Source of the DNA: an uncultured bacterium
Lineage (GTDB): Bacteria > Bacillota > Clostridia > Lachnospirales > Lachnospiraceae
NCBI GenBank assembly: GCA_905215775.1
Contig: CAJMRM010000011.1
Coordinates: 49 to 64,048, forward strand
DNA: 64,000 nt
Reading direction: 5' to 3'
The translations under genes and the position numbers were made by a program. Position 1 is the first letter of the stretch, and every line of letters starts with the position of its first letter. The notes under the pieces are model-generated. The model worked only from the letters and a program-made list of their open reading frames with translations. It was not told the DNA's origin and did not search any database. Positions 26,079 to 36,851 of the stretch are shown here, one piece after another.

Positions 26079-28733
26079 CTACTGCCAGCGGTTTTTCAGT
26101 CTGGTCTGGAGCCGGTATAAGGTATTTAACGCATCAATGGGGGTCATGGTGGAAAGCTCCAGATCCCCCAGCTCCTTTATGATATCGTCGTCCTTTACAG
26201 TATCAAAAATAGACATCTGGTTCAGATCCACCTCGTCGGGCTTTGCCACGGCCTTATGCTGGGCGGGGGAGGCCGACGTCTGGACGATCTCCCTGGCATG
26301 GGCCGTGATATCGGCGCTGGAAAGCTCCTCCACCAGCTCCTTGGCCCGCTGGATCACCGAATCCGGCACCCCGGCCAGCTTGGCCACCTGGATGCCGTAG
26401 CTCTTATCGGCTCCACCCTTTACGATCTTCCGCAAAAATACGATGTCATCGCCCTGCTCCTTGACGGCAATGCAGTAATTGTTGACGCCGTTTATGGCGC
26501 CCTCCAGCTCCGTCAGCTCATGATAGTGGGTGGCAAACAGCGTCTTGGCCCCCAGAAGCCTGGGATTGCTGATGTGCTCGATCACCGCCCATGCGATGGA
26601 GAGCCCGTCGAAGGTGCTGGTGCCGCGGCCGATCTCGTCCAGGACCAAAAGGCTGTTCCTTGTGGCGTTTCGCAGGATATTGGCCACCTCCGTCATCTCC
26701 ACCATAAAGGTACTCTGCCCCGAAGCCAGATCGTCGGAAGCTCCCACCCGGGTGAAGATCCGGTCGCAGATGCCGATGCTGGCCTCGTCTGCCGGCACAA
26801 AGCTGCCGATCTGGGCCAGGAGGACGATCAGGGCCGTCTGACGCATATAGGTGGATTTTCCGGCCATGTTGGGGCCTGTGATCACCGAGATCCGGTTCTT
26901 TCCATTGTCCAGATACGTGTCGTTGGCCACAAAAAGATCGTCCCGCATCATCTTCTCCACCACCGGATGGCGGCCGTTCCGGATATGGATGACGCCCCGT
27001 TCATTGATCTTCGGCTTCACATAGTTGTTGCGCATGGCCACCGAGGACAGGGCAGTGAACACATCGGCTCCGGCAATGGCCTTGGCCGTGCTCTGGATCC
27101 GGACCACTTCTCCGGCGATCTGGTCCCGGACGCCGCAGAACAGCTCGTATTCCAGAGAATAAAGCCGGTCCTCGGCTCCCATGATCACATCCTCCAGCTC
27201 CTTTAACCGGTCGGTGGTGTACCGCTCGGCGTTGGTCAGGGTCTGCTTCCGGATGAAATAATCCGGCACCAGCTCCTTAAAGGAATTGGTCACCTCAAAA
27301 TAATAGCCGAACACCTTGTTGAATTTGATCTTCAGGTTTTTGATCCCTGTTTTTTCCCGTTCCTGGGACTCCAGCTCTGCCAGCCATGCCTTTCCCTCGG
27401 TTTTGGCCTTCCTGTACCGGTCGGCCTCCTCGCTGTATCCGTCCTTGATGATCCCGCCTTCCCGCACCGTAATGGGCGGCTCCTCCACAATGGCCCGGTC
27501 CACCAGCTCGTAAAGATCCTCCAAAGGATCCAGCTCCTCATGGAGCTCCTTTAAAAGACCGCAGGAAAACTCGTTCAGCAGACGCTTAATATGCGGCAGC
27601 ATGGACAGGGAGGTCTTAAAGGCCAGCAGGTCCCTGGGATTGGCCGTCTTATAGCTGATACGGCCCAGGAGCCGCTCCAGGTCATAAACAGAATTCAGAT
27701 ATTCCCGGATCTCCTCCCTGGAGATGAAGTTCATGTTCAACTCCTCCACCGCAGCCTGCCGTTTTTCGATCTCCGCCTTCTGGATCAGAGGCTGTTCCAC
27801 AAAGGATCTGAGCAGCCTGGCTCCCATGGCCGTCCGGGTCCGGTCCAGGACCCAGAGAAGGGAGCCCCGCTTCTGCTTTTCCCGCAGCGTCTCCACCAGC
27901 TCCAGGTTCCTTCTGGTGGAGGTATCGATCATCATATACTGGCCGGAGGTATAGGGCGTCAGCTTCGTCAGCTGGGACAGGTCATTTTTCTGGGTCTCAT
28001 AAAGATACTGGAGCACACAGCCGGAAGCGATCATGCCGTTTTCATAATCTCCCAGCCCCAGCCCCTCCAGGCTCAGGACCTTAAAATGCTCCTTCAGCAC
28101 CTTCCGGCATACATCGTCAGAGAAGAACCGGCTGTCCAGGGAGGAGACGGCCATCTGATATCTGGCCTTTAATTCCTCCACATTGAGGCCGGACATATAA
28201 AGGGCCTCATTGCAGACCAGCTCCGAGGGGGAAAACTTATTGATCTCATCCAGAAGCGCCCGCTCAGAGCCTGCCTCCGTGACAAAAAAATCGCCGGTCG
28301 TAATATCGACCGTCGCTATCCCATAATTGTTTCCCATATAAACAACGGCCATCAGGTAGTTGTTCTTTGTCTCATCCAGCGCCTGGTCGCTTAATATGGT
28401 TCCGGGCGTCACCACCCGGATGACCTCCCGCTTCACCAGGCCCTTGGCAAGCTTCGGATCCTCCATCTGCTCGGCAATGGCCACCTTATAGCCCTTCTGC
28501 ACCAGGCGGTTTAAGTACGTTTCCACAGCGTGGTGGGGGACGCCGCACATGGGCGCCCGCTCCTCCAGGCCGCAGTCTTTTCCAGTCAGTGTCAGCTCCA
28601 GCTCCCGGGACACGGTCTTGGCGTCCTCGAAGAACATCTCATAAAAATCCCCGAGACGGTAAAACAGGATACAGTCGGGATATTCCTTTTTCGTCTCCAG
28701 GTAATGGGTCATCATTGGTGATAATTGTGCCAC
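26079..28733 (-). CDS. mutS: DNA mismatch repair protein MutS
   Basis: Mismatch-binding GDFYEMFFEDA, Walker A GPNMAGKST and Walker B LVLDEIGRGTS. Confidence 0.97.
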   Translation of the reverse strand: MAQLSPMMTHYLETKKEYPDCILFYRLGDFYEMFFEDAKTVSRELELTLTGKDCGLEERAPMCGVPHHAVETYLNRLVQKGYKVAIAEQMEDPKLAKGLVKREVIRVVTPGTILSDQALDETKNNYLMAVVYMGNNYGIATVDITTGDFFVTEAGSERALLDEINKFSPSELVCNEALYMSGLNVEELKARYQMAVSSLDSRFFSDDVCRKVLKEHFKVLSLEGLGLGDYENGMIASGCVLQYLYETQKNDLSQLTKLTPYTSGQYMMIDTSTRRNLELVETLREKQKRGSLLWVLDRTRTAMGARLLRSFVEQPLIQKAEIEKRQAAVEELNMNFISREEIREYLNSVYDLERLLGRISYKTANPRDLLAFKTSLSMLPHIKRLLNEFSCGLLKELHEELDPLEDLYELVDRAIVEEPPITVREGGIIKDGYSEEADRYRKAKTEGKAWLAELESQEREKTGIKNLKIKFNKVFGYYFEVTNSFKELVPDYFIRKQTLTNAERYTTDRLKELEDVIMGAEDRLYSLEYELFCGVRDQIAGEVVRIQSTAKAIAGADVFTALSSVAMRNNYVKPKINERGVIHIRNGRHPVVEKMMRDDLFVANDTYLDNGKNRISVITGPNMAGKSTYMRQTALIVLLAQIGSFVPADEASIGICDRIFTRVGASDDLASGQSTFMVEMTEVANILRNATRNSLLVLDEIGRGTSTFDGLSIAWAVIEHISNPRLLGAKTLFATHYHELTELEGAINGVNNYCIAVKEQGDDIVFLRKIVKGGADKSYGIQVAKLAGVPDSVIQRAKELVEELSSADITAHAREIVQTSASPAQHKAVAKPDEVDLNQMSIFDTVKDDDIIKELGDLELSTMTPIDALNTLYRLQTRLKNRWQ

Positions 28734-28744
28734 TTTCTTACCTC

Positions 28745-30190
28745 TTATCTCTTTGTTCCCATGAAATAAAAGCCCCTGGCCTCATCCAGGGATATGTCCA
28801 CGATCCTTCCGATCAGAGATGCGTCTCCCGGGAAATGGACCACGGTGTTGTTGGAAAGGCGGCCGGTGACATACCCCGGCTCATGGGTATCCATTTCCTC
28901 CACCAGCACCTTCTGGACCGTTCCCTCGTCCCGCTTCACCACCTGGGCGGCAATCTCCTGGACCTCTTTTAAAAGCCGGTCGAACCGGTCCTTTACCACG
29001 TCTTCCGGGATCTGGTCCTCCATGGCCGCTGCCGGTGTCCCGGTCCGTCTGGAATAAATGAACGTAAAGGCGCTGTCATAGCGTACCTGTCTCACCACGT
29101 CCAGGGTCTCCTGGAAGTCCTCCTCCGTCTCTCCCGGAAAGCCCACGATGATGTCCGTGGTCAGGGCGATATCCGGCACGGCAGCCCTGAGCTTATCCAC
29201 CAGCTCCAGATACTGCTCCTTCGTATACTTCCGGTTCATCTGCTTTAAAATCCGGCTGCTGCCCGACTGGACAGGAAGATGAAGATGTTTGCAGATCTTT
29301 CTGGAATTTTTCATCACTTCGATCAGTTCATCGGACAGATCCTTGGGATGGGAGGTCATGAACCGGATCCGCTCCAGCCCGTCGATCCGTTCCACCCTCC
29401 GCAGGAGCTCTGCAAAGGTGATGGGCTCCTCTAGGGTCTTTCCATAGGAGTTGACGTTCTGTCCCAGAAGCATCACCTCCACCACGCCGTCTGCCACCAG
29501 GCCCTCGATCTCGCGGATGATGTCCTCCGGATTGCGGCTGCGCTCCCGCCCCCGCACATAGGGAACGATGCAGTAGCTGCAGAAATTGTTGCAGCCGAAC
29601 ATGATATTCACGCCGGACTTAAAGGAGTATTTTCTCTCCACCGGCAGGTCCTCTACAATGGCGTCGGTGCCCTCCCAGATATCCACCACCATCTTTTTCT
29701 CCGCCAGCCGCCGCCAGATCAGCTCCGCCAGCCTGAAAATATTGTGGGTCCCGAAGATGATGTCCACATGGCGGTAACTCTTTCTTATCTTCTCCACCAC
29801 CTGGGGCTCCTGCATCATACAGCCGCAGAGAGCGATCAGCATGTCCGGGTTCTTTCGCTTCAGGCCTCCCAGATAGCCCAGGCGGCCGTAGACCTTCAGA
29901 TTGGCGTTTTCTCTTACGGTACACGTATTATAAAGCACAAAATCGGAGTTTTCGTCCGTTCCCTGGACGAACCCGGCCTCCTCCAGGATGCCTAAGAGCT
30001 TTTCCGAATCCCTGGCGTTCATCTGGCAGCCGAAGGTCTGTATGAAGGCGGTGGGGCGGCGTCCCTTTTTCTGCTCAAATTCCCGGACCCAGTCCTGGCA
30101 TTTTGCCATAAAATAATACTGGCGGGCGGGCTCCTCCGCAGGGGGAGCGGAACCGAATTCTGTTTTGTCTAAATCCGTTCTATTATACAT
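28745..30190 (-). CDS. miaB: tRNA-i6A37 methylthiotransferase
   Basis: UPF0004 domain TFGCQMN, radical-SAM CNNFCSYCIVP and a TRAM C-terminus. Start is uncertain: I chose ATG 30190, while the track uses GTG 30271. Confidence 0.9.
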   Translation of the reverse strand: MYNRTDLDKTEFGSAPPAEEPARQYYFMAKCQDWVREFEQKKGRRPTAFIQTFGCQMNARDSEKLLGILEEAGFVQGTDENSDFVLYNTCTVRENANLKVYGRLGYLGGLKRKNPDMLIALCGCMMQEPQVVEKIRKSYRHVDIIFGTHNIFRLAELIWRRLAEKKMVVDIWEGTDAIVEDLPVERKYSFKSGVNIMFGCNNFCSYCIVPYVRGRERSRNPEDIIREIEGLVADGVVEVMLLGQNVNSYGKTLEEPITFAELLRRVERIDGLERIRFMTSHPKDLSDELIEVMKNSRKICKHLHLPVQSGSSRILKQMNRKYTKEQYLELVDKLRAAVPDIALTTDIIVGFPGETEEDFQETLDVVRQVRYDSAFTFIYSRRTGTPAAAMEDQIPEDVVKDRFDRLLKEVQEIAAQVVKRDEGTVQKVLVEEMDTHEPGYVTGRLSNNTVVHFPGDASLIGRIVDISLDEARGFYFMGTKR

Positions 30191-30364
30191 TTTTCTGATG
30201 TTCTTTCCCTTCTGATATATAAAAAAATTTAAAAACCGCTGCCGCATGCTGTGCGGACCAGTCCGGCCCACAGGCCCTTTGCTCTGTGAAGCAGTAAAAG
30301 CCGGACGTCCACTTATTATATATCAATGTACCTGCAAAAGCAAACAGAAAAATCCCTGCATGTC

Positions 30365-31609
30365 CTACTGCCGGATCTGTCCATTCCCGTAAATGATATA
30401 TTTGGTGGAGGTCAGGGCCAGAAGTCCCATGGGCCCCCTGGCATGGAGCTTCTGGGTGCTGATGCCGATCTCCGCCCCGAAGCCGAACTCAAAGCCGTCG
30501 GTAAACCGGGTGGAGGCATTCACATACACCGCCGCCGCGTCCACCTGGTCCAGGAATTTCTGGGCATTTTCATAGCTTCCGGTCACAATGGTCTCTGAGT
30601 GGCCGGTATTGTAGCGGTTGATGTGGCGGATGGCCTCCTCCACAGAATCCACGATCCTGCAGGAAAGGATATAATCCAGATATTCCTTTCCCCAGTCCTC
30701 CTCTGTGGCCGCCGCAAAATCCGGAACGATGGCCCGGGAGGCTTCGTCTCCCCGGATCTCTACCTTTTTCTCCAAAAGCCTGTCCTTTAAGCGCGGAAGA
30801 AACCGTTCCGCCGCGGCCCGGTGGACCAGCAGGGATTCACAGGCGTTGCAGACGCCGATTCGCTGGGTCTTTGCGTTGAACACAATGTCCAGGGCCATGT
30901 CCAGATCTGCGGATTCGTCCACATACACATGGCAGTTTCCCGTCCCCGTTTCGATCACCGGCACGGTGCTGTTCTCCACCACGCTGCGGATCAGTCCCGC
31001 CCCTCCCCTGGGGATCAGCACATCCAGGTATCCGTTGAGGCGCATGAGCTCTGTGGCCGTCTCCCGGCTGGCATCGGTGACCAGCTGGACCGCATCCTCC
31101 GGGATCCCGCATTCCTTCAGTCCGTCCCGGATGCAGGAGACCAGGGCCCGGTTGGAATTCAGGGCGTCGCTGCCGCCCCGCAGGATCACGGCGTTTCCCG
31201 TTTTGAAGCACAGGGCAAAGGCGTCGGCCGTCACATTGGGCCTGGCCTCATAAATGATCCCCACAACCCCAAGGGGCACCCGCTTCTGGCCGATGAGCAG
31301 GCCGTTGGGCCGTTTTTTCATGGAAAGGACCTCGCCGATGGGGTCCTCCAGCCCTGCCACCTGCTCCATCCCCGCAACGATCCCGCCGATGCGTTCCGGA
31401 GTAAGCAGCAGCCGGTCCAAAAGTCCCTGGGCCATGCCCTTTTCCCTGGCAAGCCGGATATCCGTGTCATTGGCCCTCAGGATCTCCTCCTGCCGGTCTG
31501 TGATCTCCTTAGCCGCCCTCCGGATCCCCTCCGTTTTCGTCCGGGAATCCATGACTCCCAATATGTAGGAAGCGTCCTTTGCTCTCTGTCCGATCTCTTT
31601 TAAATCCAT
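30365..31609 (-). CDS. proA: Glutamate-5-semialdehyde dehydrogenase
   Basis: 414 aa with the catalytic Cys context [12 protein letters not shown] and ASTRFTDG. Confidence 0.93.
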   Translation of the reverse strand: MDLKEIGQRAKDASYILGVMDSRTKTEGIRRAAKEITDRQEEILRANDTDIRLAREKGMAQGLLDRLLLTPERIGGIVAGMEQVAGLEDPIGEVLSMKKRPNGLLIGQKRVPLGVVGIIYEARPNVTADAFALCFKTGNAVILRGGSDALNSNRALVSCIRDGLKECGIPEDAVQLVTDASRETATELMRLNGYLDVLIPRGGAGLIRSVVENSTVPVIETGTGNCHVYVDESADLDMALDIVFNAKTQRIGVCNACESLLVHRAAAERFLPRLKDRLLEKKVEIRGDEASRAIVPDFAAATEEDWGKEYLDYILSCRIVDSVEEAIRHINRYNTGHSETIVTGSYENAQKFLDQVDAAAVYVNASTRFTDGFEFGFGAEIGISTQKLHARGPMGLLALTSTKYIIYGNGQIRQ

Positions 31610-32250
31610 CGTTCACTCCTCGCTTTCCCTGCGGCCCGTTCTTTTTCCCTGAGACGGCCGCATTCAAAGATCCGTTCCGGCGTTATGACCGTATCCACCG
31701 GACGGTCATGGGCTTCTCCCGGAAGTGTTTCCACCATCTGGAAGCCATAGGCCAGAGCCAGGGTCCCATGGTCCGGCTCCCGCTCCAGGAAGCAGTCATA
31801 GTAGCCGCCGCCCTTTCCAAGCCGCATGCCGTCCGGCGTAAAGGCCATCCCCGGCACCAGCACAGGCGCCGTTCTCCAGTCCGCCCTCGGACAGCGGCCG
31901 CCCGGCTCCAGGATGTGAAACGCCCCCTCCTCCAGGTCTTCCATGGAATGGATCTCAAAAAAATCCATCCGCGGCATTGCCTGGACGCCGCCGGACCGGG
32001 AAAGGGCCACCCTGGGAAGGGCCACCCGCTTTCCCTCTTTTAAAAGAGCCTCCAGAAGCTCCCGGGTCCCGGTCTCCCAGGAAAGAGCCATATAGCCCAG
32101 GACCCGGTCCGCTCCGGCGATCTCTGGCCGGGAAAGGACTCGCCGGCAGACCTCCCGGTCCCAGGCCGCCTTCTCTTCCGCATCCACAGCCTTTAAACGG
32201 CCGCGCATCTGTTTTCTCAGATCAGCTTTCTGTGTGTCCCACATTTCCAT
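31600..32250 (-). CDS. 5-formyltetrahydrofolate cyclo-ligase
   Basis: Motif [12 protein letters not shown]. Size and fold-family pattern are consistent. The exact start is uncertain because it overlaps the DUF896 gene. Confidence 0.8.
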   Translation of the reverse strand: MEMWDTQKADLRKQMRGRLKAVDAEEKAAWDREVCRRVLSRPEIAGADRVLGYMALSWETGTRELLEALLKEGKRVALPRVALSRSGGVQAMPRMDFFEIHSMEDLEEGAFHILEPGGRCPRADWRTAPVLVPGMAFTPDGMRLGKGGGYYDCFLEREPDHGTLALAYGFQMVETLPGEAHDRPVDTVITPERIFECGRLREKERAAGKARSERWI

Positions 32251-32449
32251 ACTTCTTTCCCAGGTCGGTAACGGTCCCGTCCTTTTCCTTAATGGAGATA
32301 TTGTTCAGGGTCCCCCTTAGATTTTTCCGGACCGTTTCAATATATTCCTTTCTGAGAGCTGCCTGCTCGTTCTTTTCTTCCTCTGTCAGTCCCACGGACT
32401 GGGATTTATGGTAAAGTGCGTTGATCCTGTCGATCTTTGATGCATCCAT
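32222..32449 (-). CDS. DUF896 (UPF0291, YnzC-like) small protein
   Basis: 75 aa with RINALYHKSQSVGLTEEEKNEQAALRKEYI, typical of the family. Confidence 0.75.
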   Translation of the reverse strand: MDASKIDRINALYHKSQSVGLTEEEKNEQAALRKEYIETVRKNLRGTLNNISIKEKDGTVTDLGKKYGNVGHTES

Positions 32450-32518
32450 ATTGCTTCTCCTTCTATATAATAATCCGCCCCGGGGAGGGCAGAGCCGTTC
32501 TCTGTCCCGGCTTTGGGG

Positions 32519-33370
32519 CTATGGGTGTACGCTCTCAATATAATCAAGAAGCGTGAAATCCGGACTCCGATGGGCGGTAAACAGGGTCCCCTTTTCCCTT
32601 CCCTCCAGGATATCCCAGATCACCTCCACATTGTCCCCATTGGCGATGACCATGTCTGTGCCGCTGCCTGCGGCGATCTTTGCCGCATAGAGCTTTGCTG
32701 CCATGCCGCCGGTGCCCACATCGCTTCCGGACGTGGATTTTCCCATGGACATGAGCTCGTCGGAAAGCTCGTCCACCTGGCTGATGAACTGTGCGTCCGG
32801 GTTCTTTCTGGGATCATCGGAATAAAGGCCGTCGATATCCGAAAGAAGGATCAGAAGATCCGCTCCGATCAGGGCGGAGACAATGGCGGAAAGCCGGTCG
32901 TTATCGCCGAATTTGATCTCGTAGGTGGAGACCGTATCGTTTTCGTTTACCACCGGCACAGTTCCCAGCTTCAGAAGCTCGTCAAAGGTATTCCTGGCGT
33001 TTTCCCTGGAGGTGTTGTCCACAATGGTATTTTTGGTCATAAGGATCTGGGCCGCCGTCTGGTTGTATTCAGAAAAGAGCTTCTGGTACACCATCATGAG
33101 CCTGGCCTGGCCCACAGCCGCATAGGCCTGCTTTTCCGCCACTGTATGAGGCTTCTGGCAGCCCAGGGCCTGCCGGCCCGCCGCAATGGCTCCCGAGGAT
33201 ACCAGGACCACCTCTTTTCCCATGCCTCTGAGGTCGCTGATGACCCGGATCAGCCGTTCGATCTTAACCAGGTTCACGTCTCCGGTCTCCGGATGGGTCA
33301 GGGAAGAGGAGCCGATCTTTATTACGATCCTCTTCTTGTCCTTCAGGCTTTCTCTTGCTGTCTCTTTCAT
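32519..33370 (-). CDS. proB: Glutamate 5-kinase (short form, no PUA domain)
   Basis: IVIKIGSSSL, VSSGAIAAG, FGDNDRLSA and GTGGMAAKL. Confidence 0.9.
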   Translation of the reverse strand: MKETARESLKDKKRIVIKIGSSSLTHPETGDVNLVKIERLIRVISDLRGMGKEVVLVSSGAIAAGRQALGCQKPHTVAEKQAYAAVGQARLMMVYQKLFSEYNQTAAQILMTKNTIVDNTSRENARNTFDELLKLGTVPVVNENDTVSTYEIKFGDNDRLSAIVSALIGADLLILLSDIDGLYSDDPRKNPDAQFISQVDELSDELMSMGKSTSGSDVGTGGMAAKLYAAKIAAGSGTDMVIANGDNVEVIWDILEGREKGTLFTAHRSPDFTLLDYIESVHP

Positions 33371-33426
33371 GCTTCATCTCTCCAATCCCAGGATTTTCTG
33401 TAACCGTCCCATACCCGTTTCCGCTC

Positions 33427-35031
33427 CTATGACGGGCGGTACCGGCGGATGATCTCCTCCGCCACCTTAAGGCCGTCCATGGCCGCCGATGTGATCCCTC
33501 CGGCATACCCGGCTCCCTCCCCGCAGGGATACAGCCCCTTCACGCTGCTTTCCAGATTCTCGTCTCTGAGGATCTTTAAAGGGGAAGAAGTACGGCTTTC
33601 GATCCCCGCAAGAAGCGCGTCGGGCCGGTCAAAGCCCCGGATCCGTTTTCCAAACTCTTCCATTCCCTCTATAAACGCCCGGTTGAGGGCCTCCGGCATC
33701 AGCTCCCGCAGATCCGAAAGGGCATATCCGCCGCAGAACTGGGGAGCCACCTCACCCAGGGCCTCCGATCTGCGCCCTTCCCGGAAATCTCCGTAAAGCT
33801 GCACCGGGATCCTGCCATCTCCCAGTAAAAATGCCTTTTCCTCCAGTCTCCGCTGAAATTCCACGCCTCCCAGGGCGCCCGGGACCGGAAAATCCTCTGG
33901 CGTCACAGAAACGATGATGGCGCTGTTGGCGTTCTCTCCGTCCCGCCGGAAATTGCTCATGCCGTTGACCGCCAGCCTCCCCTTTTCCGATGAGGCGTTG
34001 ACCACATAGCCGCCGGGACACATGCAGAAGGAATAGACCCCGCGGCCGCTTTTTGTGCTGGCCGTCACCTTATAGGGGGCGGCTCCCAGCTCCCCGGCGT
34101 CCTCCTTTCCGTACTGGGAAAGGTTGATCATCCTCTGCGGATGCTGGATCCTCAGGCCCACGGCAAAGGCCTTGGGCTGCATGACCACCTTCTGCTCCCA
34201 CAGGGCAGAAAACAGCTCCCTGGCACTGTGGCCCACAGCCAGTACCACAGTCCGGCTGGAGATCCTTTCTCCTCCGGCCAGGAGGACGCCTCCGGTCCTT
34301 CCGTCCTCCATGAGGATCTGCTCCACCCGGCAGCCAAACCGCACCTCGCCTCCGGCGTCCTGGATCCTCTTCCGGATATTTTTCACCACCTCCCGGAGCA
34401 CGTCCGTTCCGATATGGGGGCGGCTATCGTACAGGATGGAGGCGTCTGCTCCGGCCTCCACAAAGGTCTCCAGCACCTTTCCGTTCCTTCCGGACACATC
34501 CTTTACCAGGGTATTCAGCTTTCCGTCGGAAAAGGTTCCGGCGCCGCCTTCCCCGAACTGGACGTTGGAATGAAGGTCCAGGCTCTCATCCCCGTTTCTC
34601 CAGAAGGCCTCCACCTTTTCTGCCCGCACCTCCACCGGATCTCCCTGCTCCAGAAGCACCGGTGAAAAGCCGTTTTCCGCCAGGGCCAGAGCTGCAAAAA
34701 GACCGGCCGGGCCGGCCCCGATGACCACCGGACGGTCCCTCAGGACCTCCTTTCCGTGGGACGGATACTGGTATCGGGCTTCCGTTTCTATCTGGATATT
34801 GCGGCTTCCCGCCTTTTTTACAGCCGATTCCTCTTTTTTCCTTTCTGTCAGCTTCACATCCACGATATAGCTGTACAGGATCCGGTCCTTTTTCCGGGCG
34901 TCAATGGAGCGCCGTACCACATCCACCCTCCGGATCGAGGTTTCCGACACCTTTAAAAGCCTGGCCGCCTTTTTCTTAATGGCCCCCGGGCCATGGCCCA
35001 CTTCCAGGGCAAGCTGATTGATTCGGATCAT
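33427..35031 (-). CDS. FAD-dependent protein (COG2509-like)
   Basis: Rossmann motif VVIGAGPAGLFAALALAE after a ~100-aa N-terminal domain, plus a C-terminal GEGAGYAGGI motif. Confidence 0.75.
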   Translation of the reverse strand: MIRINQLALEVGHGPGAIKKKAARLLKVSETSIRRVDVVRRSIDARKKDRILYSYIVDVKLTERKKEESAVKKAGSRNIQIETEARYQYPSHGKEVLRDRPVVIGAGPAGLFAALALAENGFSPVLLEQGDPVEVRAEKVEAFWRNGDESLDLHSNVQFGEGGAGTFSDGKLNTLVKDVSGRNGKVLETFVEAGADASILYDSRPHIGTDVLREVVKNIRKRIQDAGGEVRFGCRVEQILMEDGRTGGVLLAGGERISSRTVVLAVGHSARELFSALWEQKVVMQPKAFAVGLRIQHPQRMINLSQYGKEDAGELGAAPYKVTASTKSGRGVYSFCMCPGGYVVNASSEKGRLAVNGMSNFRRDGENANSAIIVSVTPEDFPVPGALGGVEFQRRLEEKAFLLGDGRIPVQLYGDFREGRRSEALGEVAPQFCGGYALSDLRELMPEALNRAFIEGMEEFGKRIRGFDRPDALLAGIESRTSSPLKILRDENLESSVKGLYPCGEGAGYAGGITSAAMDGLKVAEEIIRRYRPS

Positions 35032-35037
35032 ATGTAA

Positions 35038-36285
35038 TTACTCCTTACCTGTGGCGCTGGCTCCGGCCGCATAGCCGCTGGACCAGGCCCACTGCAGATT
35101 ATAGCCGCCGCAGATCCCGTCCACATCCAGGATCTCTCCGGCAAAATAAAGTCCCGGCACCAGCCTGGATTCCATCGTATAGGGATCCACCTCCTTTACG
35201 CGGACCCCGCCCATGCACACCTGTGCCTTATCAAAGGAATTGGCCGCCGTCACCTCCACCATGGTGCGCTTTGCGATCTCTGTCACCGCCTGAAGCTTTT
35301 TATCCGGAAGCCTTCCCACCGGCTCCTCTCCCCGGATCCCGGCCGCCTTCAGAAACAGGGCCGCCAGCTTTTTATGAAAGATCCCGTTTAAAAAGCTTCC
35401 GGCCATCCGGTCCGGCAGATATTCCCTCTGTTCTTTTAAAAGGGAGAAAAAATCTCCGCTTCCCAGGGACGGAAAAAAGTCCAGGACCGCCATCACCCGT
35501 TTTTTCCGGTCCAGGGCTTCGGAGGCATACCGGCTCACCTGGAACACCGGGATCCCGGAGATCCCGTAATCCGTCAGCTGCAGCTCCCCCCGGTCCGAGG
35601 CCAGGAGATCCTCCAGCTCTCCGTGCCGCCCTGCCGTATAAAGGCTCACCTCCGCCTCTGTGCGGACGCCGGCGATGGATCGGAAAAACTCCCCCTGGCA
35701 CTTCAGCTGTACCAGGGCTGGAAGGGGCTTTACGATCTTATGGCCCAGGGCTCTGGCCAGCTCATAGCCGCTGCCGTCGGAGCCTGTGGCCGGAGCCGCC
35801 CTGGAGCCCGCCGCCAGGATCAGGAAATCCCCGCCAAAAAGGCCGCAGGAGGTCCGGACGGAAAAGCCCTTTTCTTTCTTTTCTATGGACTCCGTTTCAC
35901 ACTCCGTCACAATGGAAACTCCCAGACTCTCTGCCTTCTCCCTTAAGGCATCCAGAATGGTCTGGGCCTGTCCGGAGACCGGATAAACGTAGCCGTTCCG
36001 GTCTGTGACCACCACGCCCATCCGCCGGAAAAAAGCGATCGTATCCGTCACGGAAAACCGCCCGATGGCCGTCATGGGGAAATCTGCGGTACTGCACCGG
36101 TAGCAGGCCGGCGTCAGATTCCGGTTGGTCAGATTGCATTTTCCATTTCCCGTGGAAAGGATCTTCTTTCCCACCCGGGCCATGTGCTCCAGGACCGTCA
36201 CCTCCGCCCCGTTTTCCGCCGCCGTGATGGCAGCCATAAGACCGGCGGCTCCACCGCCGATGATGATCCCTTCTGGTCGTCCCAT
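35038..36285 (-). CDS. HI0933/YhiN-family flavoprotein (aminoacetone oxidase family)
   Basis: IIIGGGAAGLMAAITAAE, GNGKCNLTN and C-terminal GGYNLQWAWSSG. Start moved to ATG 36285 (AAAGGAGG 5 nt upstream). Confidence 0.8.
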   Translation of the reverse strand: MGRPEGIIIGGGAAGLMAAITAAENGAEVTVLEHMARVGKKILSTGNGKCNLTNRNLTPACYRCSTADFPMTAIGRFSVTDTIAFFRRMGVVVTDRNGYVYPVSGQAQTILDALREKAESLGVSIVTECETESIEKKEKGFSVRTSCGLFGGDFLILAAGSRAAPATGSDGSGYELARALGHKIVKPLPALVQLKCQGEFFRSIAGVRTEAEVSLYTAGRHGELEDLLASDRGELQLTDYGISGIPVFQVSRYASEALDRKKRVMAVLDFFPSLGSGDFFSLLKEQREYLPDRMAGSFLNGIFHKKLAALFLKAAGIRGEEPVGRLPDKKLQAVTEIAKRTMVEVTAANSFDKAQVCMGGVRVKEVDPYTMESRLVPGLYFAGEILDVDGICGGYNLQWAWSSGYAAGASATGKE

Positions 36286-36362
36286 AATTTCCTCCTTTTG
36301 CATGGCGCTGCAGTAAAAAATGTTATCCCTAGTATATCCATCCGGCGTTTAAATTGCAAGTC

Positions 36363-36767
36363 TTAACTGGTGTAAGATTCCAGATAGCTGAAAATTTCTG
36401 CCATTGTAGGAAACCAGATCCCCTCCATGAGCCGTTCCTGCTCGGCGGGGGGAAAATCCGCAAGAGGCATATGGGTGAACAGGTTCACCGTGGTCTGGCT
36501 TTCATCATAGACAATGAGATATCCCTCCTCTGCCACCAGGCAGAAGCTGTCCTTTGCGGGCTCCGGCTCCACTGCCTCCTGATTAAGGACCAGATGGACC
36601 GGTTCCTCCTTTCCGCTTTCCGCCAGCGCCGGCTGTTCCACGGATTCTGTCATCTGGACTTCAGCGGCCTGGCGTTCCTGCGGGCGAATGGTCAGAACAA
36701 ATAAGGACACCAGACAGCCTGCCGTCAGTACCAAAAAGAAAAGAAAGCAGGATACATATTTTTTCAT
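36363..36767 (-). CDS. Membrane-anchored hypothetical protein (possibly BofC-like C-terminal fold)
   Basis: N-terminal TM helix and acidic linker. The C-terminal segment GYLIVYDES...LMEGIWFPTMAEIFSYLESY is reminiscent of BofC-type domains, but the resemblance is weak. Confidence 0.35.
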   Translation of the reverse strand: MKKYVSCFLFFLVLTAGCLVSLFVLTIRPQERQAAEVQMTESVEQPALAESGKEEPVHLVLNQEAVEPEPAKDSFCLVAEEGYLIVYDESQTTVNLFTHMPLADFPPAEQERLMEGIWFPTMAEIFSYLESYTS

Positions 36768-36851
36768 TGGAAATCACTCCTTCTGAAAACAGTATCTGCT
36801 TTCTTTCCCTGTTTTAAACAGATTTCACGGATTTTTCAGCGATCGCCCGGC

